A stretch of DNA of 64,000 nt from Entomortierella parvispora E1425. Lineage: Eukaryota > Fungi > Mortierellomycota. The stretch lies in NCBI GenBank assembly GCA_020891255.1, contig BQFW01000011.1:1984001-2048000 (forward strand), written 5' to 3'. The notes beneath the pieces were generated by a model, which was not told the origin of the DNA, did no database searches, and saw only the letters and a list, made by a program, of their open reading frames with translations. Numbering within the stretch: the first letter of the stretch is position 1; the number at the start of each line of letters is the position of its first letter. Below, piece after piece: positions 1 to 11,624 of this stretch. The position numbers were made by a program, and so were the translations under genes.

Positions 1-1070
1 GGAGGGTCCAGTCGAAGAAATAGCGACCGCAGGGATTGTACTGGGATCTGGCTGATATCCATGACGGCGCCCCGCCAGCCTGTGAGATCAATGACCACAG
101 GCCGGTGCATCGACTGCAAGATCTTGTACAGATCCATTTTCCCGATGACTCCACTATCTCCTGTTCCGCCGATCCTGATCTCTGTCAGCTCTGTTGTGGA
201 GGTCGGTATCTCTGATGACGGCGTCATTGTGTCTTTCCCGTCACCAACTGCAAGTTTGTAGGGCTCCTGGTGTCGCCTCAAAAACTCTATTGCGTCCTTG
301 GGGTCGAAATCGAACTTGATGTCGTAAAACTCGACTCGTCGCAGCCTTCTTAGTCGACCCACGGCTTCCAAAAAGATACTCCCGACCCGCGTCACTGGTA
401 TCGAAAGTGATTGAATCCTCTCGGGGTGGTGCATTAAGAACGCTTTTTCGATGCAAGCCCGTATCCTGTGCATGTCGCTCGAACTTGTCCATTGCTCCAT
501 CTGGTAGCAGATCAGGGACGGGAACAGGCTCGGAAATGCATCCGAGATTGATGCGTGGTCTTGGTGAATGTAAAATTGGAGATAGTCGGTTGTCAACTCC
601 TTTCTCTTGCTTCCCCCCGCCGCAGTTTTCGTTTGGGCACCATAGCCTGGTGCGTACAAGGTCGGAAAGTCGGTAGAGAACGGAGGAAGCTCCTCAGTCA
701 CCCAGGGGTGGTGAATCACCGAACAGAGCAAGACCCAGAGTAGTTTGACTTGGCGTTTGTACTTGTCCCATGGTAGCTTGTCGCCATCGTATTCTCGAAC
801 CATCTGGAAGGGCGACCGATAGAGCAAGGGAACTGCTAGACGGAAGAACAACCGGTTGACACGTAGAAGCGAGTGAAGACCGGAGAGATCGCCCTCAAAA
901 TGCGAGACGACAAGCTGAAGACATTCCGTGGGCAAGTCAGTGAGCAGCGGCGGCTGCTCAATAGTGGAAGAGCCAGGTGTAGCGACGATTGCGGGGTCGT
1001 TATGTCCTTTTTGGTTCAGTTTATCATTTTGAGCCTGACTTGATTCTCCGTCCAGTGCCGTGTAGTGCAT
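1..1070 (-). CDS. F-box-like / LRR-type protein, 3' end runs off the window (partial)
   Basis: ATG at 1070; open frame read by hand towards the window start (missing from the ORF track, consistent with no stop being reached): MHYTALDGE...LLTDLPTECLQLVVSHFEGDLSGLHSLLRVNRLFFRLAVPLLYRSPF (F-box-like), then ..TDYLQFYIHQDH..PERIQSLSIP..LRRLRRVEFYD. Confidence 0.75.
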   Translation of the reverse strand, partial: MHYTALDGESSQAQNDKLNQKGHNDPAIVATPGSSTIEQPPLLTDLPTECLQLVVSHFEGDLSGLHSLLRVNRLFFRLAVPLLYRSPFQMVREYDGDKLPWDKYKRQVKLLWVLLCSVIHHPWVTEELPPFSTDFPTLYAPGYGAQTKTAAGGSKRKELTTDYLQFYIHQDHASISDAFPSLFPSLICYQMEQWTSSSDMHRIRACIEKAFLMHHPERIQSLSIPVTRVGSIFLEAVGRLRRLRRVEFYDIKFDFDPKDAIEFLRRHQEPYKLAVGDGKDTMTPSSEIPTSTTELTEIRIGGTGDSGVIGKMDLYKILQSMHRPVVIDLTGWRGAVMDISQIPVQSLRSLFLRLDP

Positions 1071-1176
1071 CTTGGATGGGATGCAATGTGAAGTGGTGAG
1101 AGGATGGAGTGATGATGCATGCATGAAGTTGGTTGCACAGGCGCACATGGTCACATGATATAACGGTTTTTTTAAT

Positions 1177-2526
1177 TCAAGAAACGGACGACGACGACGT
1201 CGATGACACGTTCCTGGAGGGCTTGGACGACGACGTTCCCTGGGTAGATTTCCGGAAGAGCGAGAATCTCCCTTCTTTGCGCTTCTTGTGCTCATTCTCC
1301 TTGTATTGACCTTCGGCCTGGTTCTCAAAGTAACTAGGCTCAAACTGGGCAAGATGCCCCTTGATCCTCTGCACATAATCCTCAATTGAGAATCCACTGC
1401 CAATACTCTCCAAAAACGGCGTGTGGCGATACGGGGCAGTGTTGGCATCCAGTTCCATCAGTCTCTCCCAAAAGTCCTGTGCGCCTCCACTTGGGTAAGG
1501 GAATCGGACGTAATCCATCGCAAAGACCGTCAATGGAGGTGCAGGCAGGTTGAAAGTCTCTTGGATTTCTCGTGCCCAGGCGATTAAAGGGAGACGCGAT
1601 TGCGTGGCTGGCAACAGTTCAGGAGTTGCATGTGTAAAGACGATGATGACTTTCGGCCAGAAGGCTGGCGTAAGAAGACTCTGGTAGGTCTGCAGAGTCT
1701 GGTGCACGGTGTTGTCGTATCTATGAGCGGTTCAAAATCATCATTAGAGTCCCGGCATGTAATGTGCCATATTGTGCCATCATTGACATTTACCGCCGCT
1801 CTTCATTCGCACTTCTTGTTCACTCTTACCGATAGCGCGTGCACTTGACAACAAACAGGAACGCGTCCACGCCTCCTGCTACCAGTTTGAGCAAGTTTCC
1901 AATCTGCTCCACACGGTTAGGGTCGTGCAACTTTCCGTTGAAGGATGGCGTGTCGATACAATGCATCATGGGGTTCGAATCAATGTTAAGAAAATGGTTC
2001 GTGGCCATGCCAACGGTCTTCGTTACTTCCTATTGATTGATTGAAACACAAAAAGACAAAAACCAATTAATATCATTGCGTCAGCAGATTTGCCACAACA
2101 TTGTCGTGCGACTCGCCATAGTTGCCACAAGTCAGGGATGGTTAGAAAGAAGGATGGAAGCATTTACGCTGACTGAGGTCTTTGCCAAGAACATTTCGCT
2201 GCCAAGGACAGCGTTGAGAAGCGTGCTCTTGCCTGGTTCAAAGGAAGATTAAGGGATGGCGTGATGAATACAGGCGGATGAAACTGACTGGGGCCAGAGT
2301 GCGGTCATACTGCAGTGGCAAAGAAGGTTGTCCATGGGTTGTGGTCGACTGACTCACCTTCGCCGCTTTTGCCTAGGGCTACAATTGTGAATTCGCGAGG
2401 GGCACTTGCGGGCTCCTGTTCAGCTGGAGCTGGGCGCTGCTGCTTCTGTTGGTCCTGTCTCTGTTGCTCCAGTTGTTGCAGTTGAAGCAGGTACTGCTGT
2501 TGCTGCAGCTGCTGTTCGTGGTCCAT
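1177..2526 (-). CDS. AIG1/GIMAP-type P-loop GTPase, 4 exons
   Basis: Spliced model gives IVALGKSGEG|KSTLLNAVLG (G1), EVT (G2), HCIDTPSF (G3 variant), GGVDAFLFVV, KVIIVFTH (G4-like); GT-AG introns keep the frame. Confidence 0.8.
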
Positions 2527-2905
2527 GAAATGAGCACTGAGATGTGATTGAGTGAGTGAGTGAGTGAGTGATGCTTGCTTGAGTGCGTGCTTGCTTGCCA
2601 GAGGTCAAAGGCGCAATGAGATGGAAGGATGAGAAGGAGAGGAAAGAGAAGAAAGAGAAGCATGCATGCATGCACACACGTCGCTTTGCCGCTGTGGCGC
2701 TGCTGGACCCCTTCTTCACCTTCCCGTCCACCCGCCCCTCCACAGCCCAACGAGAAACGACCCTTTTTAGGCTTTGCCATCCTCTTTCTTTTTCACTTTC
2801 TGCCTGCGTCTGTTGGTCTGTCCGCTCGTTGTCTTCCTTCTTCTCTTCTTCTCGTTCTCCTACTGCAACCAATCGACATCGCTCATTCACATTCACCTCC
2901 GTCCA

Positions 2906-4118
2906 ATGGCGCGCTTCAGCATTAGTCCCATCCAGGTCGGCGCCCTTTCATTTCTGATCCTCGACTGTCCTTCCGACCAGACCCTGCCGGCATACATTCC
3001 CATCTTTGAAGAGCATAATGTCACAGACCTCGTCCGCATCTGCGAAGGGTCACCATACAATATTCAACCCCTCCAGGCAATTGGTATCCAAGTCCATGAT
3101 GACATGTAAAAACACCTTTCTTATACTCCCCCACCAGCCATGTTGACTATGAAATTGTTTACTCAAAGATGCTGATCCAAATTTTGTAATTCCTGGCCTA
3201 TTAGGAAGTTTGAAGACGGCACAGCACCCACCAAGGAGATCGTGGCTCGATGGCTGGAACTCAACGACGAAGTTTTTTTCGAGTCACCAAGGCAAGGCCG
3301 CTGTATAGCGGTGCACTGTGTATCAGGGATCGGGAGAGCACCTGTATGTCCATCGCTGTTTGACCTCTGCAGCTCAGTCAGCAACTGGAGTTGATGCAAG
3401 TCAGCTTGAACTCATCTCTAACTCGATGGCTCGATGGCGGATTTTTTCGCCATTAGGTACTAGTGGCAATATCACTTGTGGAGGGAGGCATGGACCCTTT
3501 GGTATGTATTTTTGTGAGAAAATGTGGATGTTTAAATGGCGTCATCGATCGACTTCAACCGTGCAACCCAGATACTAACCATTGGGTCATTGGGAAACTA
3601 TGCAATGGGGTAATAGGACGCCATCGCATACATTCGGAAAGCGAGAAGAGGCGCGCTGAATCGAGTTCAGATTGCTTTTCTGGACAGGTAAAGAGAGAGA
3701 AAAAAAGAAAAAAAAACCATCTTCGACAGTGCAAGGAAAAATTCTCCGAATCAAGAAAAAACCATCTCCCCGCATTTGAGACACCGCAAAGGCGCGACCT
3801 TCACACACACACTACTCACGACGACGCGTTTCTTGTCTTCTCTTGATACAATCACATAGCTACAAGAAGCGGAAGAAGGGCTTTAATACCAAGAAATCAA
3901 AAGCCAATGGTGGTGTAAAAGGGCTATCGGGATCGCCGGTTGTCTCCCGACCACCTTCCTCGTCCCCACAGCCTCCCTCTGTAGGATCAATACCACCGAG
4001 CAATGGAATCGCACCTCCGTCTCTTCAACCACAACAACGACAGCAAATACAGGATCAAGGGGGCGAACCAAAGAAGAAGGGAGGCTTCATGTCGAAACTC
4101 TTTGGGAGAAAAACATAG
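2906..4118 (+). CDS. PRL/PTP4A-like protein tyrosine phosphatase, 5 exons
   Basis: FLILDCPSD..VTDLVRICE, MKFEDG loop, IAVHCVSGIGRAP catalytic motif, AIAYIRKARRGALNRVQIAFL; basic tail ending KKKGGFMSKLFGRKT*. Confidence 0.88.
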
Positions 4119-4862
4119 AAGGTCAGCCCCCACGTGGACAGCGACTTTGTCACAGACGGGAACACCATTAGAGACAGATGCACAAGTAGAGACTAGAACC
4201 CATAGAAAACGTAATAGAGTCACAAAATAGACTGTGTGCATGCATTGTCAACATGAACCATGTGCTGACGGGGCTGTGTGTTTGTTTGTTATCGTGCTCC
4301 ATGCCAAACAGGTGAACAAGTTCCAGGGACACGGCAGGGGCTAAGATTAAAGAGGGCACAGGCAAAATAATACATAAATATGAGATCCACGTCGCGATCT
4401 GCGCAAGGGTCAGCAAAGGTGCCAAAGAAGTCAGGATCCGACCGAACCGCAGCGGAAATCGCTGACATATAAAATAGCCAGCCAGTTAGTCAGTCATGTC
4501 CATGGGCACTCTTCTGTCTGGAAGGCCATGGAGAGGCATGTACGTGGTGTTTTGTACTCGGCACCCTGTGATACCTACTCGGCACAATAATTGCTAAGAA
4601 AGAAAAAAAGAAAAACTTTATGGTTGAAGACTACCACCGCGTGTTTGCGTGCCTGACAGGCTTGCCCTTTGCAACACAGGTTGTTTTCTGACTGGCTCAA
4701 CGCCGTTGTCCTCTTTTTCTGCGGAGGTCCTTTGTGTGTTTGTGTGTGTGTGTTCACGCTCAAAGAAGAGGCCAAAGGCAATTGGGCCTCGACGATGATC
4801 CATCCCTCCAAACAAACAAACACGAGACAGGTGCTCAGGGGTGGGGATCGAAGGTGCAGCAA

Positions 4863-4869
4863 TATAAAA
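4863..4869 (+). promoter_or_regulatory. Candidate TATA box of the SDR gene
   Basis: TATAAAA about 120 bp upstream of ATG 4988, followed by a pyrimidine-rich tract. Confidence 0.45.
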
Positions 4870-4987
4870 GCTGGCTAGCTGGGTGTCTCTTCTTTCTTTT
4901 TACTTTCCTCCCTCTTTAGTCATCCTTCACACACACACCCAGCTCCCACTTTTCACCTTCACTCTTTTCAAACTGAATCCCTCAAAC

Positions 4988-6342
4988 ATGTCTCCCCCAT
5001 ATGGAAGCCGTCTCGCTGGCAAGGTCGCCGTCATTACCGGTGCTGGCAGGTAATCACAGCGTCATCGGGAGGATCTGGTCTTGTCAGTATATCCGTTCTT
5101 CTCGGTCACAGTAAGGATCCACTGCTCTAACTGAATCTTTCTGTGCCCTCTCATAAAACAGTGGAATCGGTCTCGAGTCCTCGGTCCTCTTTGCCTCGGA
5201 GGGTGCTCAAGTTGTTTGCGCTGATATCAATGACAAGGGCGCTGCTGCCACGGTCGAGAAGATCACGTCCTTGTTTGGCAAGGGACGCGCCGTCTCCATC
5301 CGCGCCGATGTCAGCAAGGAGGAGGATGTCAAGAAGATGATCCACCTTGCTGTCTCTGAGTTTGGTAAGGCTTCCTCTCCGCCCGTCCTTTGTATATCCC
5401 TAGACTTTTTTGGATAGACCGTTTCTGGACAGATACTTGGACACCACGAGAGTCTGAGTTTGCAACAAAGCTGTGGACAGGATAGTCACCGTGGGGATCA
5501 GAGAAGTAGCAGGGGGACATGCAGGATCTCGAAGGCATTGGACGTGGGAATCTTTTTTTTTTTTTTTTTTTTTTTTTGCGTTTGATCAACTGACTGATAT
5601 CCATCCAGAGCAAGGAAAATCATATGCAAAAGAGACCCTGATTCCAACAACCTCGATTCTGTTTGCTCTCACTCCACAGGCAAGATCAATGTCCTCTTCA
5701 ACAACGCAGGTATCATGCACCCTGCCGATGATAACGCCCTTACCACCACCGAGGATATCTGGTAACGTGGGAACTTTATATCTTTGACGTGTTTATAAAC
5801 CAAACGGCCTGTTCCTGTGCTGACCCCTCCTTCTCTTTGCACTGGTAATTAGGGACTTGACCATGAAGATCAACGTCAAGGGTGTCTGGTGGGGCTGCAA
5901 ATACGCCATTGAGGAGATGCGCAAGACTGGCGGTGGATCCATCATCAACACTGCTTCGTTTGTCGCCCTCCGTGGAGCTGCTACCCCTCAATTGGCCTAC
6001 ACTGCCTCCAAGGGTGCCGTTTTGGCCATGACCCGTGAATTGGCCGTGGTGCACGCCAAGGAGAACATTCGATTCAACGCTCTCTGCCCTGGACCTTTGA
6101 GAACCCCTCTGTTGATGGAGTTCTTAAACACTGACGAGAAGAAGAACAGACGCTTGGTCCATGTCCCCATGGGTCGCTTCGGAGAGGCGATCGAGCAAGC
6201 CAAGGCTGCTTTGTTCTTGGCTTCAGATGACTCTTCCTACATGACTGGAACAGACTTTGTTGTCGACGGTGGCCTTTGCTCTGCCTATGTTACCCCAGAA
6301 GGCGAGACCATCTCCAACTCTCCCCACGCCTCATACCAGTGA
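4988..6342 (+). CDS. Classical short-chain dehydrogenase/reductase (SDR), multi-exon
   Basis: RLAGKVAVITGAGSGIG, NNAGIMHP, IINTASFV, YTASKG catalytic motif, IRFNALCPGP, YMTGTDFVVDGG. Confidence 0.93.
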
Positions 6343-6415
6343 GAAAAAATACCTCGCCTTCCTTCAATCAATACAAGTCTTTTTTCCCTCTTTATTTTTG
6401 TGCTTGAGAGGTTGA

Positions 6416-7487
6416 CTATCGGTTGTTGATGACAAGGCCGAGAAATTGTTCATAGGTCATTTGCACGACACCAGCGTTGTCAGTGTCGATCCGTCTGAAT
6501 GCATCCGTCAATGTTTGAACAGTGACACAGGATTGAACAAAGTTATCAAAACTGATGTCTCCATGGCCCCTGACGTCGTACTTTGTGACGATCAATCGCA
6601 CGGTCTCTTCACTGAGGCGATATCCAAATCCACGCAGAGCTTTTTGGAGTTCATTGGCGTCAATGGTCCCGGATCCGTCCAAATCGTACGTCTGGAAGCA
6701 GGCCTTCCACTTTTCGATATAGTTCCAGAGTCCGATGAATTCGTTGAAGGAGATGGAGCCGTTGCCGTCCCGGTCAAACATGTTCATCATCATTCGGACA
6801 GTCTCCACTAATAGATGGAAGGGGGAGGTTTTTTTTTTTTTCGGTTTCGAAAAAAAAAGGGAAAATAGAATTAGGATCACGTTGTAGATCTGTTCCGCAT
6901 TTTCGACCCTTTTGGTTCTCTTGAACCACAGCCTTTTGGAGCTTTTCATTGCCAAGGATTGTCAAGTCAGTCGATCAGCTTTTGTGTGCGTCGGGCTTAC
7001 CGTTAAATGGAGTCCATCCATCGCCGTTCATCAGCGCCCGCTGCAACTCCTCACAAGAGAGCGATCCAGAGTGGTCCGTGTCGACAGCATCAAACCAGTC
7101 CTGGAGCGTGTTTAGTGCAGGGAATGTACTCTGCGAGTGACCACCATTAAGTTGTTGTTGTTGCTGCTGCTGTTGAACAGTATTTTGGTGAATCTGGTAT
7201 TGTTGGCGCTGGTGCTGGAGTACATTTGGAGGGCCTTGCTGATATTGGTTGTAGTGATTATACGGCTGCTGTTGCTGTTGGTAGGGTTGTTGTTGCTGAA
7301 TGGGAGGAGAGGCTGCGGAACGCGGTGAAACGATGGGAGTGGGGCCGGGATGATGGAAGGATTGTTGCTGTTGATATGGCTGTTGGTAAGGGTACTGCGG
7401 TTGGTATTGACTTTGCTGGTAGTGAGGTTGCTGCTGCGGTGGATGCTGTGGCTGGTAGGAGAGAGGGCGAGAGGCGGTGGCGTGCAT
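6416..7487 (-). CDS. PEF1: Penta-EF-hand protein (peflin/ALG-2 family) with Q/P/Y-rich N-terminus, 2 exons
   Basis: WFDAVDTDHSGSLSCEEL, MFDRDGNGSISFNEF, YDLDGSGTIDANEL, YDVRGHGDISFDNF EF-hands; intron 7000-6808 (GTAAG...TAG). Confidence 0.92.
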
Positions 7488-7988
7488 TCTCTGGGAAGGG
7501 TTCTCGTGGCGAGTGGAGAAGTGAATGAGAGTTGAGGTGGATTGAGTGATTAAGAGTTGAATGGAGAGTGAAGAAGAGAGAAGAGTGAAAAAAGAGAAAT
7601 GAAAAGAGAATGAAGAAAAGAGGATCAGGATCAAGAAGGTACCGGGGGACAGGAGAAGGGCGAAGGAGGCGAAGCGAGGCGACTGTCTCGGAAGGGATTG
7701 CTTTGGAAGGGGAAGCAGAAAAGTACAGAACAGAAACAAGGTCGAAGGATGGGGTCGACCTGTGTCCATTGACCGACACAGGGAGAGGAGAGGGAAGAAA
7801 AGAGGGCAAGAGAGCCCATGAAAATGAATGAAGGGATGGGTGGATGGGTGGATGGGCAACTGATGCGTATTGTTTTTGTGGTGGGTCCAACGACGTGGAC
7901 GTGGACGTGGACGTGCAGGCGCACGATGCATCGATGCACTGCACGGCGGCCGTTCGCAGCCGTCTCTTCTTCTCTTTCATCCCCGTCT

Positions 7989-8030
7989 CCATCCATCCAT
8001 CCGTCCGTCCATCCATCCATCCATCCATCC
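7989..8030. repeat. (CATC/CGTC)n tetranucleotide microsatellite
   Basis: ccatccatccatccgtccgtccatccatccatccatccatcc. Confidence 0.85.
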
Positions 8031-9390
8031 CCGCCATTCCCCTCCCCCTCCACCTTCACCTCCCCTCTTCTTTAATGACCTTTTAATGAACTGCCTTTCA
8101 CGACTTTCACCCTCACCGTTGTAACGACCTTTCCTTTCCTTCTCTTCTCCTCGCCGTCCATCCTGTATTTCTGCGATAGACAGAGAGAATCAACCACCCC
8201 TTTGATACCCACCCTGATTCTCTGACTCTCTGATTCTCCCGAAGTCCTCCATCTAAAAGTCTCTGCCGCTGACGTCCATCCATCCCGGTACCTGATCCGG
8301 TCTCACACGCTCCACCCCCAATCCAACCCTTTTTTGTTTTCCTTATTTTTCAGAGGTAAGACTGGTCTTCTTCCTGATCCACACACATCTTCGTGTCTCG
8401 CTTTTTTTTCTCTCTCTTGTTTGCTCGATGGCATGCTGCCCGCTCAGTCATCGGTGCCCTCTCGAGTGACGGTCGACACAACGAGTGCAACCGCCAATTT
8501 GTTTCTTTTCTTCTCTTTTCGCGACTCTTCTCCCAAACACGCTGCGCCCGTCTACCACTTTAGTTCCGTCGTCGCCTTCGTTGGCCTTTCACCTCCGCCT
8601 CATCCGCTGTCAGTGTCTCTTGCATCAGTACCGCTTCTTACTGTTCGTTCTCTGCATGGCTCTCGCTGTATCCTTCTAGGTCCCGTTCTTCTGGCTTTCT
8701 TCAGAACTAGTACACAAAAAGTAACTTCCCAGGTAATTTTTGCAATACCCTGCCTTTTTCTTCAGTCCGACACAACCATCAATCTATTCTATTCCGCCCA
8801 AACCAGCCCATGGGGGTTATCGATGCATATGGGCCCCCAAACCCTTGCTGCAAGTGCAGCTTTATGTCTATTTTCATCTGCGATAAGATTCGCGTCAGTC
8901 CAAAAGAGACAAAGATCGAAGCAGGTTTATTTTTGTAATTTCGGTCGCTCTCGTTGTCCTCCGTTCCTTCTTCCCTTTCCTCTCCCTTGGTCTGTTACAT
9001 ATTTCGTTCTTTTCGTCTTTCACCTCCTTTCCGTCTCTACATCCTTTCGCTGCAACATACCCTCGACCTCTCCGTTCGCCTTTTCGTTTCCGAACTGAAT
9101 TGGCTCGTTCCACGCACAACTGCACGCATTCTCTCCTCCTCCACCTTACTTTCTCTGTTTAGCCGGCGAGTGACCTCCTCCTCTCCCTGGCACTGGCCTT
9201 CTTTTGTCTGCACCTTAAATAAGAACAGAAGGAACAAAAAATTGCCCGAACAGCCAACATCATTGTTCCTGCACCCGCTCGTTCTTCCACATCCAAATTC
9301 GTCTCTGCATACTCATTTCATCCTCTCATCTCTCTATCCATCTGACCGGTACCTTCCTTTTTCCGCAAGCAAGAAAAGCACTTTTTATAA

Positions 9391-11081
9391 ATGTCGCTGA
9401 AGGAACGCCCCATCCCGCTCCAGCTCGCCAACTCGGCACCCAGTGCCAAGGTCGACACGTCCTACTCATGGCTGGCCATGTACTTTTTCCTCAACCTGAC
9501 TCTCACAATCTACAACAAAGCGATCCTCAGCACATTCCACTTTAGTTTTCCATGGACATTAACGGGCATTCACACGTTATGTTCTGGAGTCGGTGCGTTG
9601 ATCATGGCAAAGTTGGGCTATTTTACACCTGCACAGCTGGGAGAGCGTGAAAACATGATCATGTTGATGTTCTCGTTCCTCTACACGCTTAACATCGCCA
9701 TCAGTAACGTGTCGCTGTAAGTGAGAATTGCCCTGCTAATGCGCAGACTGTTGTCATGGACAAGCGCAGACTAGACTGGACAAGGAACATACAGAGGAGC
9801 AGGAAAAAGGGCAAGCCCCACGAAAGCAACACAGGGGCTGGAGGATGACTGACTCTCAGCAGCGAAAAAAAGAAAGGGTCAGATCAGGAAATATGGACAC
9901 AGGGCAAGGCGCGCAGGGTGTCAACACTGCACACGCACATTCTCGCGGGATCGAATCTGGAACGGACAAGGATACTGTCACTCACAAGGAGAGGGTCCCC
10001 ATTGTGGTGCATCGTACACTGAACATTGGCTGCCACCAGGGACTGGATTGTGTTCTATAGGTAACTGGGCCCCGCTCACCTTTTTTTTTTTCTTTATTCC
10101 TTGTCTTTTATCTGGAACAGGAACGAGGTCTCTGTCGCGTTCCACCAAGTCGTCAGAGCCATGACTCCCGTCTTCACCATCGCCATTTCAATTCTGTTCC
10201 TCGGAAAGAGATACAGCGCCTTGACATATCTCTCGCTCCTGCCTCTGCTTTTGGGAGTCTACATGGCGACTGTGGGCGATTACTCTTACACAGCCATGGG
10301 CTTCTTCCTCACTGTCTTGGGAACTGTTTTGGCAGCAACAAAGACGGTGGTGACAAATCGCATCCAGATTGGACGTCTTCAACTTCACCCTCTGGATCTC
10401 TTGCTCCGGATGAGTCCCCTGGCGTTTGTGCAGACTGTGATCTTTTCGTGGATGAAGGGCGAACTGGACGATATGGTGTCGTTCTGCAGGACGGATATGA
10501 GCTACAAGCTTATTCTGGCACTGTTGGTGAACGGTGTTATTGCCTTCTTCCTCAACTACGTGTCCTTTACCGCCAACAAGAAGACGAGTGCCTTGACAAT
10601 GACAGTCGCTGGTAAGTGATCGAACCTTTAATTTATGTTCTTTCCCGAGTTGCGGGGGTGGTCAGCTCCCTTCCCCCCTGTGGGCTCTTATTCCTTTCTA
10701 ACATTCCTCCAATCATTTATTTGAAATTACCCTTATTAGCAAACGTCAAACAAGTGCTGTCAATTGTTGTTGCCGTCACTGTCTTCCACACGACCATTGG
10801 CTTCTTGAACGGACTCGGCATCATCATGACCCTCATTGGAGGAGCATGTTACAGGTAAAGACTTTTTTTCTTTTTCTCCAGTATATCAATGGCATAGCCT
10901 GTCTGAGCCACCTTCGTAACCTTTCAATTGTCCGCTACGAAACCAACATAGCTACGTCGATCTTCGCGAAAAGAACCAGAGAGCAAGACCCATGACACCA
11001 GCATATCCCTTGCCTTCACCTCCAGGAGCTGGAACAGCCTCAGAAAAAGAAGAACTCCTCAGTGTTAGGACAGTAGCCTAG
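9391..11081 (+). CDS. Triose-phosphate/nucleotide-sugar transporter family (DMT/SLC35-like), 4 exons
   Basis: WLAMYFFLNLTLTIYNKAIL..FSFPWTLTGIH, FHQVVRAMTPVFT, LLLRMSPLA, FTANKKTSALTMTVA|ANVKQVLSIV; last exon ends ...LSVRTVA* at 11081. Confidence 0.9.
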
Positions 11082-11624
11082 TGACTCGGCTTGTCACCCA
11101 AAAAAAAACTTTTTTGCATTTTTTTTTCTTGCCCTCCCTTCTCCACCCCAAATATCATTATCATTAAAAAAAAGAAACCACTGGACAACTGAAAACCCGG
11201 AGAGGGAACAACCTGGAAGCGACATGTGAGGCCGTTCTTATGATTGGTTTGTTTTTTTATTTTTTTATTTTGCAAACAATACTTTCCTGTTGGACTCTCT
11301 TCAAGAATTGTCGATAGGTGACGCATACCGCCTACCGTTCGTTTCCTTTGTCGCTTTGCTTCCTTCGGTCGTCCTTCGATCGTCAAAGTAAAGCGTAGGG
11401 AATAGGACAGAACTCTTGAATGGCTCACAATCACCCGCTTCACTGGATTTTTGAGTCTTTGAGAAGAAAAAAATAAATAAATAAATAAGAAGACCAAAAC
11501 CTCAGCTCGCGCGGTGAAATTGTTACCACCCTTGTCCTTTGTTTTCCTTTTCCGTTTTTGTTTTTCTTCTTTGCTACCTTTCTTTTTTTTTTCTTCCTTC
11601 TCGCAGTTAGTGTTCGTGTGATGT

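Noticed and set aside
7258-8124. Several overlapping ORFs of up to 259 aa upstream of the peflin gene
   Set aside because: They arise from CATC and CT microsatellite low complexity and show no domain signal.
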